Shown: positions 29,057 through 38,369 of the stretch, in pieces
Layout: each line of letters opens with the position of its first letter
How positions within the stretch are numbered: the first letter of the stretch is position 1
Source of the DNA: an uncultured Chryseobacterium sp.
GTDB taxonomy: Bacteria; Bacteroidota; Bacteroidia; Flavobacteriales_D; Sanyastnellaceae
NCBI GenBank assembly: GCA_964511555.1
Contig: CAZEFR010000001.1
Coordinates: forward strand, 83,698-147,697
Direction: 5' to 3'
DNA: 64,000 nucleotides
Position numbers and translations under genes: made by a program
Notes under the pieces: generated by a model
The model's database searches: none
Seen by the model: only the letters and a program-made list of their open reading frames with translations
What the model was told of the DNA's origin: nothing

Positions 29057-29601
29057 AAAAAATAATTCTGATACTGTTCATATTGCCGTTTTCTATAATG
29101 GCTCAAGAGTATCGGAAGTGTCCTTCATTCAATGCCGATGAAAATTGGGAGACGGTTGAGTCGTTTGTAGAGAATAGAAAGAATGTTGAAGAACTTGTCG
29201 GGTGGCTTATATCAACACCGCCTACAGAGCAATTGATTGAACGTAGTGCAGCAAGTATTTTTGTTATGGAATGGGTGACGAAAAACCCTAATCTGTTTGT
29301 GAATGTCGAAGTTGGCCCTTACAACGATTATCTCATTACTGAAGATTTAATGTTAGCCTATTTATTCGGAAATGTCAATTATGTATTGAAGCATGAAGGA
29401 AAAGTAAAGCAGGAAACGCAACGAATCGCCGGATTAAAGGCATTACTATTCTTAATAGAGCACTCGGATTCTTATTCGAAAAACAAAATTTTTAAACCTC
29501 TTTTACGCGCAAACAGAAAAGGCGAGTTAAATGAGTTTGATAAAGAGATGTGGATGAACTATAAATCCCAAGCATTGTTGTACTTGGAGAAATTGAATTA
29601 G
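29053..29601 (+). CDS. Secreted hypothetical protein
   Basis: Signal peptide MKKIILILFILPFSIMAQ. ATGA overlap with the upstream gene, and a 1-nt gap to ispH. Confidence 0.6.
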   Translation: MKKIILILFILPFSIMAQEYRKCPSFNADENWETVESFVENRKNVEELVGWLISTPPTEQLIERSAASIFVMEWVTKNPNLFVNVEVGPYNDYLITEDLMLAYLFGNVNYVLKHEGKVKQETQRIAGLKALLFLIEHSDSYSKNKIFKPLLRANRKGELNEFDKEMWMNYKSQALLYLEKLN

Positions 29602-29602
29602 A

Positions 29603-30811
29603 ATGAAGAAGTTCGAAGTACCAGAGCATTACAGATCTAACATTCTCGGAAGAATAAAAGAAATTCGTAAGGTCAATGATCCAAGAAAGAAGGATCACTC
29701 ACCTTTTGTTTTTCATGTTGGAAAAACAGAGTTTGTGATACCAAGACATTTCGGATTTTGCTACGGTGTTGAGAATGCGATTGAAATTGCTTTTCGAACT
29801 GTTGCCGAAAATCCTGGAAAGCGAATTTTTCTATTAGGTGAAATGATTCACAATCCGCAGGTCAATGAAGATTTAATTGCGGAAGGAATTCAGTTTTTAG
29901 TAGATAACCAGGGAAATCGTCTCGTTGATTTTTCAACTCTTAGTTCAGAGGATGTTGTTATTACTCCAGCCTTTGGAACTACTGTTGAAATAGCGGCGGA
30001 ATTGGCAGAATTGGGGGTTCACCTTGAGCGTTACAACACCACGTGTCCATTCGTAGAAAAGGTTTGGAAACGCTCGGCCGAGCTAGGAAACCGTGGATAT
30101 ACTTTGGTCGTTCATGGAAAATATTTGCATGAAGAGACGCGCGCTACGTTTTCGCATGCTGCGGAAACAGGACCTGTAGTGGTTGTTCGCAATGATACGG
30201 AAGCGGAGTTGCTGGCGAGATATATACGGAAAGAATTAAGCGACGAGCAATTTGAAGTCGATTTCGCGAATAAATATTCTCCTGGTTTTGTTGCGTCAAG
30301 AGATTTGCAAAAAATTGGTGTAGTGAATCAGACAACTATGTTAGCCAGTGAAACGCAGCAAATAGCAAATTATCTGAAGGACGTAGTTGTTCAAATGCAT
30401 GGTGAAGAGGCAACAACAGATACCCGCGACACGCTTTGTTATGCGACGAACGACAATCAAAATGCAACAATTGGAGTACTGGAAAGCGGAGCGCAATTGG
30501 CAGTGGTGGTCGGTGGATTCAATTCTTCGAATACCATTCAGATTGCGACGATTTTGGGCGAAAAAATGCCAGTGTATTTCGTTCGTAATTCCAATGATTT
30601 TATGTCCTTGGAAAAGGCGATTGTTTTCAATAGTAAGGCATTGAAGGAAGAGGAAATTGCTCCTTCACTTCTTCAACAAGAAAATTTAAAAATCGTTGTT
30701 ACGAGCGGGGCTTCTTGTCCGGATAAAATCGTTGATCATGTTATTCAGCGAATCCTGGAGCTGCGCGGAGAAACAGCATCGGTTGAGTCAGCTTTGGAAG
30801 GGCGCATATAA
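29603..30811 (+). CDS. ispH: 4-hydroxy-3-methylbut-2-enyl diphosphate reductase, long form
   Basis: FGFCYGVENAI, TTCPFVEKVW, HEETRAT, NQTT, LCYATNDNQNA, GGFNSSNT. The protein is 402 aa with a roughly 50 aa N-terminal extension. Confidence 0.92.
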   Translation: MKKFEVPEHYRSNILGRIKEIRKVNDPRKKDHSPFVFHVGKTEFVIPRHFGFCYGVENAIEIAFRTVAENPGKRIFLLGEMIHNPQVNEDLIAEGIQFLVDNQGNRLVDFSTLSSEDVVITPAFGTTVEIAAELAELGVHLERYNTTCPFVEKVWKRSAELGNRGYTLVVHGKYLHEETRATFSHAAETGPVVVVRNDTEAELLARYIRKELSDEQFEVDFANKYSPGFVASRDLQKIGVVNQTTMLASETQQIANYLKDVVVQMHGEEATTDTRDTLCYATNDNQNATIGVLESGAQLAVVVGGFNSSNTIQIATILGEKMPVYFVRNSNDFMSLEKAIVFNSKALKEEEIAPSLLQQENLKIVVTSGASCPDKIVDHVIQRILELRGETASVESALEGRI

Positions 30812-30862
30812 AGTGAATAAATGTGCAATCGCAATCGCGATGTTCTGTTGTAAATTTGGAAG

Positions 30863-32644
30863 ATGAATAGTTCAGGTGTCATTCAGCTATTGTCTGATCA
30901 AGTTTCCAATCAAATCGCTGCGGGAGAAGTTGTTCAACGACCATCCTCCGTTGTGAAGGAATTGGTAGAGAACGCAGTTGATGCAGAGGCTACTCAAATT
31001 CGTGTGGTAATTAAAGATTCTGGGAAGACTCTTATTCAGGTGATTGATGACGGAAAGGGAATGAATGAAGTGGACGCTCAGCTTTGCTTTGAACGTCATG
31101 CTACTTCTAAAATTCGCAAGGCAGAAGATTTATTCAACATTACTACAAAAGGATTTCGAGGTGAAGCTTTGGCAAGTATCGCATCTGTTGCGCAGGTTGA
31201 ATTGATTACCAAGCGTGAAGAAGATGAGTTGGGTGTTCGAATTGAAATAGATGGGGGAAAGTTAATTTCAAACGAGTCACTTGAAGCGACGAAGGGATCT
31301 GTTTTTTCCGTTCGAAATTTGTTTTTCAATATACCTGCGCGTAGATATTTTTTGAAGACGGACGCAATTGAGTTTCGTCACATCATTGATGAATTCGAGC
31401 GCGTAGCGTTGACGCATCCCGATGTACACTTCGTGCTGACGCACAACGGGAATGTTGTTTTTGATTTGCCGAAATCTAATTTGAAGCAGCGATTGGTTCA
31501 TGTGTTTGGAAACAAATACAACGACCAGTTGATTCACTTGGACGAGGATACTGAGATTGTAAGAATTTCAGGATTTGTTGGAAGGCCGGAAATAGCAAAA
31601 CGCACTCGAGGTGATCAATACTTTTTTGTGAATCAGCGATTTATTAAAAGTCCGTTCTTGAACCATGCCGTTCAGCAGGCTTACGAACAAATTCTTCCCT
31701 CCGGAAGTTTTCCATTTTATTTAATCTCATTGGAGGTTCCCCCTTCAACCATTGATATAAATATTCACCCGACGAAGACCGAGATTAAGTTTCAAGACGA
31801 AAGAAGCATTCACGCTCTGCTGCATGCAGCTGTGAGAAGAGGTTTGGGTAAGAATCAGGTAGCACCTTCGTTAGATTTCGAACAAGAAAATATCCCTTTG
31901 ACGCAAGTAAGTCCGGGTTCTGTGCGTGTTCCGCAAGTAGACGTGAATCACGATTTTAACCCCTTTCAGAAGGCGGATTCTTGGCAACAGAAGTCGCGCA
32001 ATTGGATGGAACAATTTGCGCAAGCGGGATTTGGATTCGAAAAGGAAAGCGCGCCAGATCAAGAGCAAATAGAATTCGATTCGGAAGAGTGGGGAGGTGG
32101 AACACCTTTTCAGATTGGACGAGTTATTATTGGATGTGAGATAAATTCAGAGTTGAAGATGTTTCATCAAACGCGATTGCATTGGCAGGTTTTGTTTGAA
32201 GAGCATTCGAATCAGAACAGTCATTCATTTGTTGCGCAGCAGCTTTTATTCCCCATTCCATTACATGTTCAACCAAAGGACATTTCGCTACTTCAGCTGC
32301 ACGATGTTTTATTGGCCTCGTTTGGGTTTGAATTGAATTTGGAAGAAGAACCTGAGATTATTGCGGCTCCTTCTAATTTAGATGAGCAAGGTGCTTTAAA
32401 CTTTATTGAATTAGTATTGGAAAGTTTAAGGTTGGGTGTTGAAGGTCCGGATTTGCGAATGAATTTGTTGAAGGATTATACGCGCAGACTGTCTGTAAAG
32501 AAAGGACAAATGTTAACGGTTCCTGAGATGTTGGATTTACTGATTCGATGGAACGCATGTGAAAATAAAAATTTCGCTCCAGATGGAAAGGCCATTGCCT
32601 TGACTTTTGGAATCGATCATCTAGAAGATCAATTAGGAAAATAA
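30863..32644 (+). CDS. mutL: DNA mismatch repair protein MutL
   Basis: IAAGEVVQRPSSVVKELVENAVDA, DDGKGM, GFRGEAL, INIHPTKTEI. Confidence 0.95.
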   Translation: MNSSGVIQLLSDQVSNQIAAGEVVQRPSSVVKELVENAVDAEATQIRVVIKDSGKTLIQVIDDGKGMNEVDAQLCFERHATSKIRKAEDLFNITTKGFRGEALASIASVAQVELITKREEDELGVRIEIDGGKLISNESLEATKGSVFSVRNLFFNIPARRYFLKTDAIEFRHIIDEFERVALTHPDVHFVLTHNGNVVFDLPKSNLKQRLVHVFGNKYNDQLIHLDEDTEIVRISGFVGRPEIAKRTRGDQYFFVNQRFIKSPFLNHAVQQAYEQILPSGSFPFYLISLEVPPSTIDINIHPTKTEIKFQDERSIHALLHAAVRRGLGKNQVAPSLDFEQENIPLTQVSPGSVRVPQVDVNHDFNPFQKADSWQQKSRNWMEQFAQAGFGFEKESAPDQEQIEFDSEEWGGGTPFQIGRVIIGCEINSELKMFHQTRLHWQVLFEEHSNQNSHSFVAQQLLFPIPLHVQPKDISLLQLHDVLLASFGFELNLEEEPEIIAAPSNLDEQGALNFIELVLESLRLGVEGPDLRMNLLKDYTRRLSVKKGQMLTVPEMLDLLIRWNACENKNFAPDGKAIALTFGIDHLEDQLGK

Positions 32645-32650
32645 AGTGCT

Positions 32651-33355
32651 ATGAGAATGAATCTAACACCGGCGGTAAAGAACATCATAATTATTAATGT
32701 TCTTATTTACTTGGCTTGTTTTGTTGTTCCGGGATTGAACGACGCCTTAACAGGATATTATTTCGCCAGCCCGAATTTCAGACCTTGGCAAATTGTGACA
32801 CACATGTTCATGCATTCGCAGTATGACTTTACACATATATTTTTCAATATGTATGCCCTGTATTTGTTTGGAACGGCATTGGAAAATTATTGGGGCACAA
32901 AGCGTTTTGTGATTTATTACATGACGTGCGGAATTGGCGCCTTTTTCTTGCACATGGGAGTGAGTTATCTTGAAATTCAGAAGATGCTGCAATCCCTTTC
33001 AGACAAAGAGATTTACCAAGTAATGATAGTTGGTTTAGAAGAGGGAAGGTCGTACAAAGTGCAAATGGTAGAATTGTATTCGGCCATAAATACAGGTGTT
33101 GTTGGGGCTTCGGGAGCCGTTTTCGGTGTTTTACTGGGATTTGGAATGTTATTTCCTAACACAGAATTAATGTTGTTGTTCCCGCCCATACCGCTAAAAG
33201 CGAAATATTTCGTTATGATTTATGGGGCCATTGAATTTTACCTAGCCATGCGTCAAACTGCCGGCGATAATGTCGCCCACTACGCTCATCTTGGAGGAAT
33301 GATTTTCGGTTATCTTCTGTTGAAGTATTGGCAGAAAAACCCTAAGGCATGGTAG
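32651..33355 (+). CDS. Rhomboid family intramembrane serine protease
   Basis: Multi-TM protein with GASGAVFGVL (GxSG) and HLGGMIFG motifs. Confidence 0.85.
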   Translation: MRMNLTPAVKNIIIINVLIYLACFVVPGLNDALTGYYFASPNFRPWQIVTHMFMHSQYDFTHIFFNMYALYLFGTALENYWGTKRFVIYYMTCGIGAFFLHMGVSYLEIQKMLQSLSDKEIYQVMIVGLEEGRSYKVQMVELYSAINTGVVGASGAVFGVLLGFGMLFPNTELMLLFPPIPLKAKYFVMIYGAIEFYLAMRQTAGDNVAHYAHLGGMIFGYLLLKYWQKNPKAW

Positions 33356-34170
33356 ATCGTTTTCGAAGCACTTCTATTGGTTTGAAATTACTGATTGCCT
33401 TGTTGGCTTTTGGTTTTATTGTTCGAATGGTTGTCGTTCTTGTTTCTGTCAACTACAATGGCGCTTCCGATATTGAAGCGTTTGATTCATATGTTGGATT
33501 TTCTACGAGTGGGGAACGAGTGACTTGGATTTGGACGTGGCTGACCTATAGTTTTTTTCATGCTGAAGTCAGCCATTTTGTATGGAATTATCTACTGTTG
33601 ATGCTTTTGATTTACTGGTCGAAGGACAGGTACGTTGGTTTCAATGCATGGAGGTATTGGATTGTTGGTGTTCTCGGCGGATTGCTGTTTCTTTTTATGA
33701 ATGAGAAAACCTTTTCGCTCATAGGCTCTTCCGCCGGAATAACGGCGCTTTGGTCCGGTTGGCTTGCCGAAGGGTTTTTAAATGGAAAGAAGAGAGATCT
33801 GACTTTTTGGTTGGGGTGTATTGTATTTTTATTTTTGGAAGGAATAGATATCGCGAATTACGAGTTAGGTAATTTGTCTCTGTTTGCTCACATTGGTGGA
33901 GCGTTATCAGGTGCTCTGTTGTATTTTTTTGAAAAGAATAAAATCGAGAAAATGAATTGGTGGTCGAAGATAGTTTTATGGTTTACCCCATCTCCGAAGT
34001 TGACGGTTAAACGAAGCAATGTTAGGTTTCAAACCGACGATGAGTTCAATGCTGAGCGAAAATTGAAAGAAGATTATTTGAATTCAATTTTAGATAAAAT
34101 TTCGCGTTCAGGTTTTGAAAGTCTTTCAACCAAAGAAAGAACTTTCTTAGATCAGCAAAAGGAAAAATGA
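33349..34170 (+). CDS. Rhomboid family membrane protein (second paralog) with a soluble C-terminal tail
   Basis: GSSAGITAL and HIGGALSG motifs. It overlaps the upstream rhomboid gene by 7 nt. Confidence 0.7.
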   Translation: MVDRFRSTSIGLKLLIALLAFGFIVRMVVVLVSVNYNGASDIEAFDSYVGFSTSGERVTWIWTWLTYSFFHAEVSHFVWNYLLLMLLIYWSKDRYVGFNAWRYWIVGVLGGLLFLFMNEKTFSLIGSSAGITALWSGWLAEGFLNGKKRDLTFWLGCIVFLFLEGIDIANYELGNLSLFAHIGGALSGALLYFFEKNKIEKMNWWSKIVLWFTPSPKLTVKRSNVRFQTDDEFNAERKLKEDYLNSILDKISRSGFESLSTKERTFLDQQKEK

Positions 34171-35291
34171 TGGAATCGCCAGCGAAGGAAATAAAGAAGT
34201 TGAGCCATTGGGGTAAGTTCGTGCGATTTGTTTTTCGTATCTTTAGTTTGATAGTTTTATCGGCGTACTTAATTTCTTTTGTTTCGGCCCACTTCACGCC
34301 AAGTGTTTTTATGTTTCTTAGCGTCCTTGGTTTGTTCTTTTGGCCGTTGTTTATTTTGTTCGTCATCGCTGCTGTTATTATGGCTTTCAGAAAAGAATGG
34401 AAATGGCTGCTTGCATTCGGCATTTGTTTCACGTTTTCTCTTTCAGACCTATTTTCATTTTTTAATTTCAAGACGAAGACTGATGTTTCTGGTCAGGGAA
34501 TAGGTATTACCGTCATGACGCACAACACTCATTTGATGGGGTTTTATGATGGTGACAATGCCAAGAAGAGTAGAGATGCGATTATTGGTGAAATTCAAGA
34601 GGTAAAACCTGATATTCTCTGTCTTCAAGAGTGTTATTGGAATACGAGTGGTGGCGATTTTTTATCTGAAGTTGATCGGAATAATATTTTGGAGAGTTAT
34701 AACATTCATGAGAGGTCAACACATGTTCTTTCCGACGGAGGTCGATTCGGATTAGTTATTTTTTCTCGCTACCCTGTAGTTAGTCAAGGTCAAGTTCCTT
34801 TCGAGAATGAGGTAAACAATTTTTGTATTTACGTAGATGTTTTGGTGGGAAGCGATACCCTGCGTGTTTACAATGCGCATTTACAAAGTTTTCGTTTGAA
34901 GAAAAAGTCACTTGAATTATTCGATCAAAAACTCGACATGAATGAAATACAGAATGAGAGTAAGCCTTTGTTTGTTCAGCTTTATCGTTCTTCTCTTAAG
35001 CGATCGCAGCAAGTGAATGTTTTAGCTGCCCATGTCGAGGCGTGCAAGTATAAGGTAATTGTAGCGGGTGATTTCAACGATACACCCGTATCCTATACCT
35101 TTAATAGGCTAAGTAAAAAGTTGAACGATAGTTTTAATGAGGCTGGAAGAGGTATAGGCAGTACATATAAAGGTCCATTGCTAGGATTACGAATAGATTA
35201 CATCATGCATAGTGAGGGATTGAGAGCAAGAAGTTATAAGACAAGTGATGCAGGATTCTCAGACCACAGACCTGTTATTGCAACTTTTTAG
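34167..35291 (+). CDS. Membrane-anchored endonuclease/exonuclease/phosphatase (EEP) family protein
   Basis: N-terminal TM helices, then DILCLQE, NAHL, GDFND, SDHRPV. Confidence 0.8.
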   Translation: MMESPAKEIKKLSHWGKFVRFVFRIFSLIVLSAYLISFVSAHFTPSVFMFLSVLGLFFWPLFILFVIAAVIMAFRKEWKWLLAFGICFTFSLSDLFSFFNFKTKTDVSGQGIGITVMTHNTHLMGFYDGDNAKKSRDAIIGEIQEVKPDILCLQECYWNTSGGDFLSEVDRNNILESYNIHERSTHVLSDGGRFGLVIFSRYPVVSQGQVPFENEVNNFCIYVDVLVGSDTLRVYNAHLQSFRLKKKSLELFDQKLDMNEIQNESKPLFVQLYRSSLKRSQQVNVLAAHVEACKYKVIVAGDFNDTPVSYTFNRLSKKLNDSFNEAGRGIGSTYKGPLLGLRIDYIMHSEGLRARSYKTSDAGFSDHRPVIATF

Positions 35292-36024
35292 TGTTCCATT
35301 TGAGTCGGAAGTATTCATACGGTGTTAGCGTAAGTAAAACCATGGCCAAACCATAAAAAAAGTCTTCAATAGGCACGCTCCAAATTCGAATTCCAAGATT
35401 ATAGTTGTTGTTGTAGCGCACGATTGCTTCTGAAATATTTACTTGCGAAGTGTTCAATAAATCATATTTGTAAAAATGCAATCCGGTTAGAATTCCATTT
35501 GAAATAAAAAATGGGATAAGGAGAATGAACCAAGCAAATAGAAAACTGCCAAGAAAATTTGATTTCATTTTCATATGAATAACCAACATAAGAAGGCTCA
35601 TGACGGTAGCAGTAAATGTGTACCAAAGATTGTTAAGGCCTGCGTAGATTGCTAATGCTGCTGACGTTAGTGCAATGGCAGAACTACTAATTTTAGTGAA
35701 TGTTTCGCTGGGTGGGGTCTTTTTGAAGTAACGTACGCATTCGAAAGTAAAAACACAAGCAAAAGGAACAGCTATAAAAAACAACCACTCTTCAAGAGGC
35801 AAAAGGAACCACCTTCCTTGAAGAGTGTATTCGTTATTGAAGCTCCAAATTCCCCAATGTGTAAAAAGTATATCCCATGGAATATAGATTGCGAACATGG
35901 TGAGAAGACCAATAACTAACGGTTTAAAGTTCTTATAAAAAGCAACGCTTTTGTGGAAGCTTAAAAAGAATGGACCTGAGAGACAGAAAAGGTCTACAAG
36001 TATGTAGGCGAATTTCGGATTCAT
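35275..36024 (-). CDS. crtY: Lycopene cyclase, fused CrtYc/CrtYd (lycopene cyclase domain) type
   Basis: Polytopic 249 aa protein with two copies of the PxE(E/D) signature: LLPLEEWLFF and SVPIEDFFYG. ATGA overlap with crtZ. Confidence 0.8.
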   Translation of the reverse strand: MNPKFAYILVDLFCLSGPFFLSFHKSVAFYKNFKPLVIGLLTMFAIYIPWDILFTHWGIWSFNNEYTLQGRWFLLPLEEWLFFIAVPFACVFTFECVRYFKKTPPSETFTKISSSAIALTSAALAIYAGLNNLWYTFTATVMSLLMLVIHMKMKSNFLGSFLFAWFILLIPFFISNGILTGLHFYKYDLLNTSQVNISEAIVRYNNNYNLGIRIWSVPIEDFFYGLAMVLLTLTPYEYFRLKWNTKKLQ

Positions 36025-36494
36025 TTAGAAGCTTTGGCCTGTTTGAATTTAAGTTCAGCCTTGAAATATTTCATGGGTACGATAAGCATTCCGAAGCATT
36101 CTCCTTCTTCTTTGTACTGGTTCTTGTGGTGAACTTTATGTGCTTTACGAATGGCACGAAAATACATGTTGTCTGTGTTGTCGAACCAATGAAATCTTCG
36201 ATGAATAAGAACTTCATGAACCAAAAAATAGCCAATGCCGTATGCTAATATTCCAAAGCCTACAAAGGTTCTAGGATCGTTTCCGTTCATCATTCCGAAC
36301 ATTATGAGAAGCCAACTTGGTATTGCGTATATGAGAAAAAACACATCGTTTTTTTCAAAGAAACCTGGGGTAGGTTGGTGGTGATCTTTATGGAAATACC
36401 ACATGAATCCGTGCATAACGAATTTGTGAGTGAGCCATGCCATTCCTTCCATAACAAGGAACGTGAGAACAATTATTGCTATGTTGAATATCAT
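36021..36494 (-). CDS. crtZ: Beta-carotene hydroxylase
   Basis: The ATG at 36494 gives MIFNIAIIVLTF. Histidine boxes HKFVMHG, HKDHH, HEVLIHRR, HKVHHK. ATGA overlap with idi. Confidence 0.88.
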   Translation of the reverse strand: MIFNIAIIVLTFLVMEGMAWLTHKFVMHGFMWYFHKDHHQPTPGFFEKNDVFFLIYAIPSWLLIMFGMMNGNDPRTFVGFGILAYGIGYFLVHEVLIHRRFHWFDNTDNMYFRAIRKAHKVHHKNQYKEEGECFGMLIVPMKYFKAELKFKQAKASK

Positions 36495-37009
36495 GATTGA
36501 ATTGTTTTTAATTCCATTAGTTTGTTTAGCGCGATTACAAACCAAGGGGTAAATCTTTCGGGTGAATTCGAAATTTCTACAAGAAGATTATTTATTTCAA
36601 TGTATCGAAAGTCAGATACTTCTTCTTTGTTAATACAAGGTAGGTTGTCTGTCTCACCTATGAATACGTGGTCGAATTCATGCTCTATTAGTCCGTTTTC
36701 GAGAGCAGCTTTATATAGAAACGAGAATTCGTTTTTCAAGGAGCATTTCAGGCCCATTTCCTCTTGAAGTCTGCGGTAGGCGGCGTCTAATGTGGTTTCA
36801 TCTTCTCGCGGATGAGAGCAGCACGTATTTGTCCATAGTCCACCACAATGGTATTTTCCTGAAGCTCGTTTTTGAAGAAGTAATTTCTTTTCTGAGTTGA
36901 AGATGAAAATAGAAAATGCACGATGAAGTGCTCCTTCTTCGTGGGCTTTTTGTTTTTCCATTTTCCCAATAACGTTGTCTTGCTCGTCTACCAGAATAAC
37001 GTATTCCAT
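36491..37009 (-). CDS. idi: Isopentenyl-diphosphate delta-isomerase, type 1 (Nudix)
   Basis: HRAFSIFIFN, WTNTCCSHP, EHEFDHVF. Confidence 0.88.
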   Translation of the reverse strand: MEYVILVDEQDNVIGKMEKQKAHEEGALHRAFSIFIFNSEKKLLLQKRASGKYHCGGLWTNTCCSHPREDETTLDAAYRRLQEEMGLKCSLKNEFSFLYKAALENGLIEHEFDHVFIGETDNLPCINKEEVSDFRYIEINNLLVEISNSPERFTPWFVIALNKLMELKTIQS

Positions 37010-37524
37010 TAGAGTTGACTGTATTTAGATTTTAGATCGGCACTAATATTTTCACTTTGTATCATAAACTGAATTACAATTTTCCAGAAGGCTTTGGTTT
37101 TATTTAATTTTCCGGTAGAGAGTGATTGGTAAATGTAATAGGAGTCTTCTGCAAGTTTGTCGTGATACTGAAGCATCCAAGGTGCTTTGTCTTGAACCGA
37201 GTAGCGAAGAAATCGAAGCTCTTCATTCCAATAATCATTGGCGATTGCTTTTTCAAGAAGATCTTTTCCTTTACTGAAGTAACTTAATTTTTCAGCTGGG
37301 TTCGACACAAGTTCGGCGTACATCGCCGTTGCCACGCCAAGATAGGCTTGCTGCGTGTTGTTTCTGTTTTGAAGACTCGCGCAATAGTTGTAAAACTCTT
37401 TTTTCGCGGGTTCGTTTTGCGCCGATATAAAAAGTTTTTGGCATTGAATCTCTTGTCCGAAAACTAACGGTGTGTAGATCAAAAGAAATGTCGCTAAAAG
37501 TGTTTTATCAAAAGCGATTTTCAT
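37009..37524 (-). CDS. Secreted helical hypothetical protein embedded in the carotenoid operon
   Basis: The ATG at 37524 (TGATG overlap with the crtB stop) gives the signal peptide MKIAFDKTLLATFLLIYTPLVFGQE. TAATG overlap with the idi start. Confidence 0.6.
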   Translation of the reverse strand: MKIAFDKTLLATFLLIYTPLVFGQEIQCQKLFISAQNEPAKKEFYNYCASLQNRNNTQQAYLGVATAMYAELVSNPAEKLSYFSKGKDLLEKAIANDYWNEELRFLRYSVQDKAPWMLQYHDKLAEDSYYIYQSLSTGKLNKTKAFWKIVIQFMIQSENISADLKSKYSQL

Positions 37525-38366
37525 CACAATAAATTTAAATTGTGCTGTAAGTAACTTTTTGCTAAGAGTGCAATTTTTTTAGGGTTTGCAACTCTCACTC
37601 GCTCTTTCAAAATACGGTCACAAGGCAGCGCTTGAATTTTAAGAAACAGTTTGTAGTAGTATTTGAAAGCAATAAGAACGCCAAAGCGCGCTTCTTTAGG
37701 AAGTTGGAGTATTCCGATATACGCTTGTCTAAAGTCTTCTTTAATTTCTTCTTCGATAGTCTTTTTTGTTGGCTCATCGAATTGAGTCATGTCGACATTT
37801 GGAAAATAAACTCTTCCTAGAGCGTTGTAATCTGCGTGTAAATCGCGCAGAAAATTAATCTTCTGAAAAGCTGCGCCAAGTTTCATGGCCGATGGCTTTA
37901 ACTTTTCGTATTCTGCTTGGTTGCCGTTCACAAAAACATGCAAGCACATTAATCCAACGACCTCTGCAGAACCTAGAATATATGTTTCGTAAGACGCTCT
38001 GTCATGTTCCATTTGGTGAAGATCCATTTCCATACTTTTTAAGAAAGTATCTACAAGATTCCACTCAATATTGTACTTGTGGTAAGTATGTTGAAAGGCA
38101 TTTAAGATCGGATTCAGTGAAATACGTTCTTCAATGGCTAAGACAGTGTCTCGGCGGAAACGTGCCATGAGTTCATGCTTTTCAAAATCGTGAAAGGTAT
38201 CCACAATTTCATCGGCGAAGCGCACGAATCCATATATGGCATAGATCGGATTTCTAATTTCTTTACCGAGTGTTCGAATGCCCAAACTGAAACTTGTGCT
38301 GTATGCTTGCGTAGTGAGCTTACTGCAATTGTATGAGACGTTGTCGAAAAGTGGTTTTCCCGTCAT
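37524..38366 (-). CDS. crtB: Phytoene synthase
   Basis: SFSLGIR, YGFVRFADEIVD, NFLRDLHADY..GRVYFP. Confidence 0.92.
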   Translation of the reverse strand: MTGKPLFDNVSYNCSKLTTQAYSTSFSLGIRTLGKEIRNPIYAIYGFVRFADEIVDTFHDFEKHELMARFRRDTVLAIEERISLNPILNAFQHTYHKYNIEWNLVDTFLKSMEMDLHQMEHDRASYETYILGSAEVVGLMCLHVFVNGNQAEYEKLKPSAMKLGAAFQKINFLRDLHADYNALGRVYFPNVDMTQFDEPTKKTIEEEIKEDFRQAYIGILQLPKEARFGVLIAFKYYYKLFLKIQALPCDRILKERVRVANPKKIALLAKSYLQHNLNLL

Positions 38367-38369
38367 ATT

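Noticed and set aside
30821-30840. Mini tandem caatcg-caatcg-cgatg between ispH and mutL.
   Set aside because: There are only two short copies, which is compatible with chance. It has no obvious structural or coding role.
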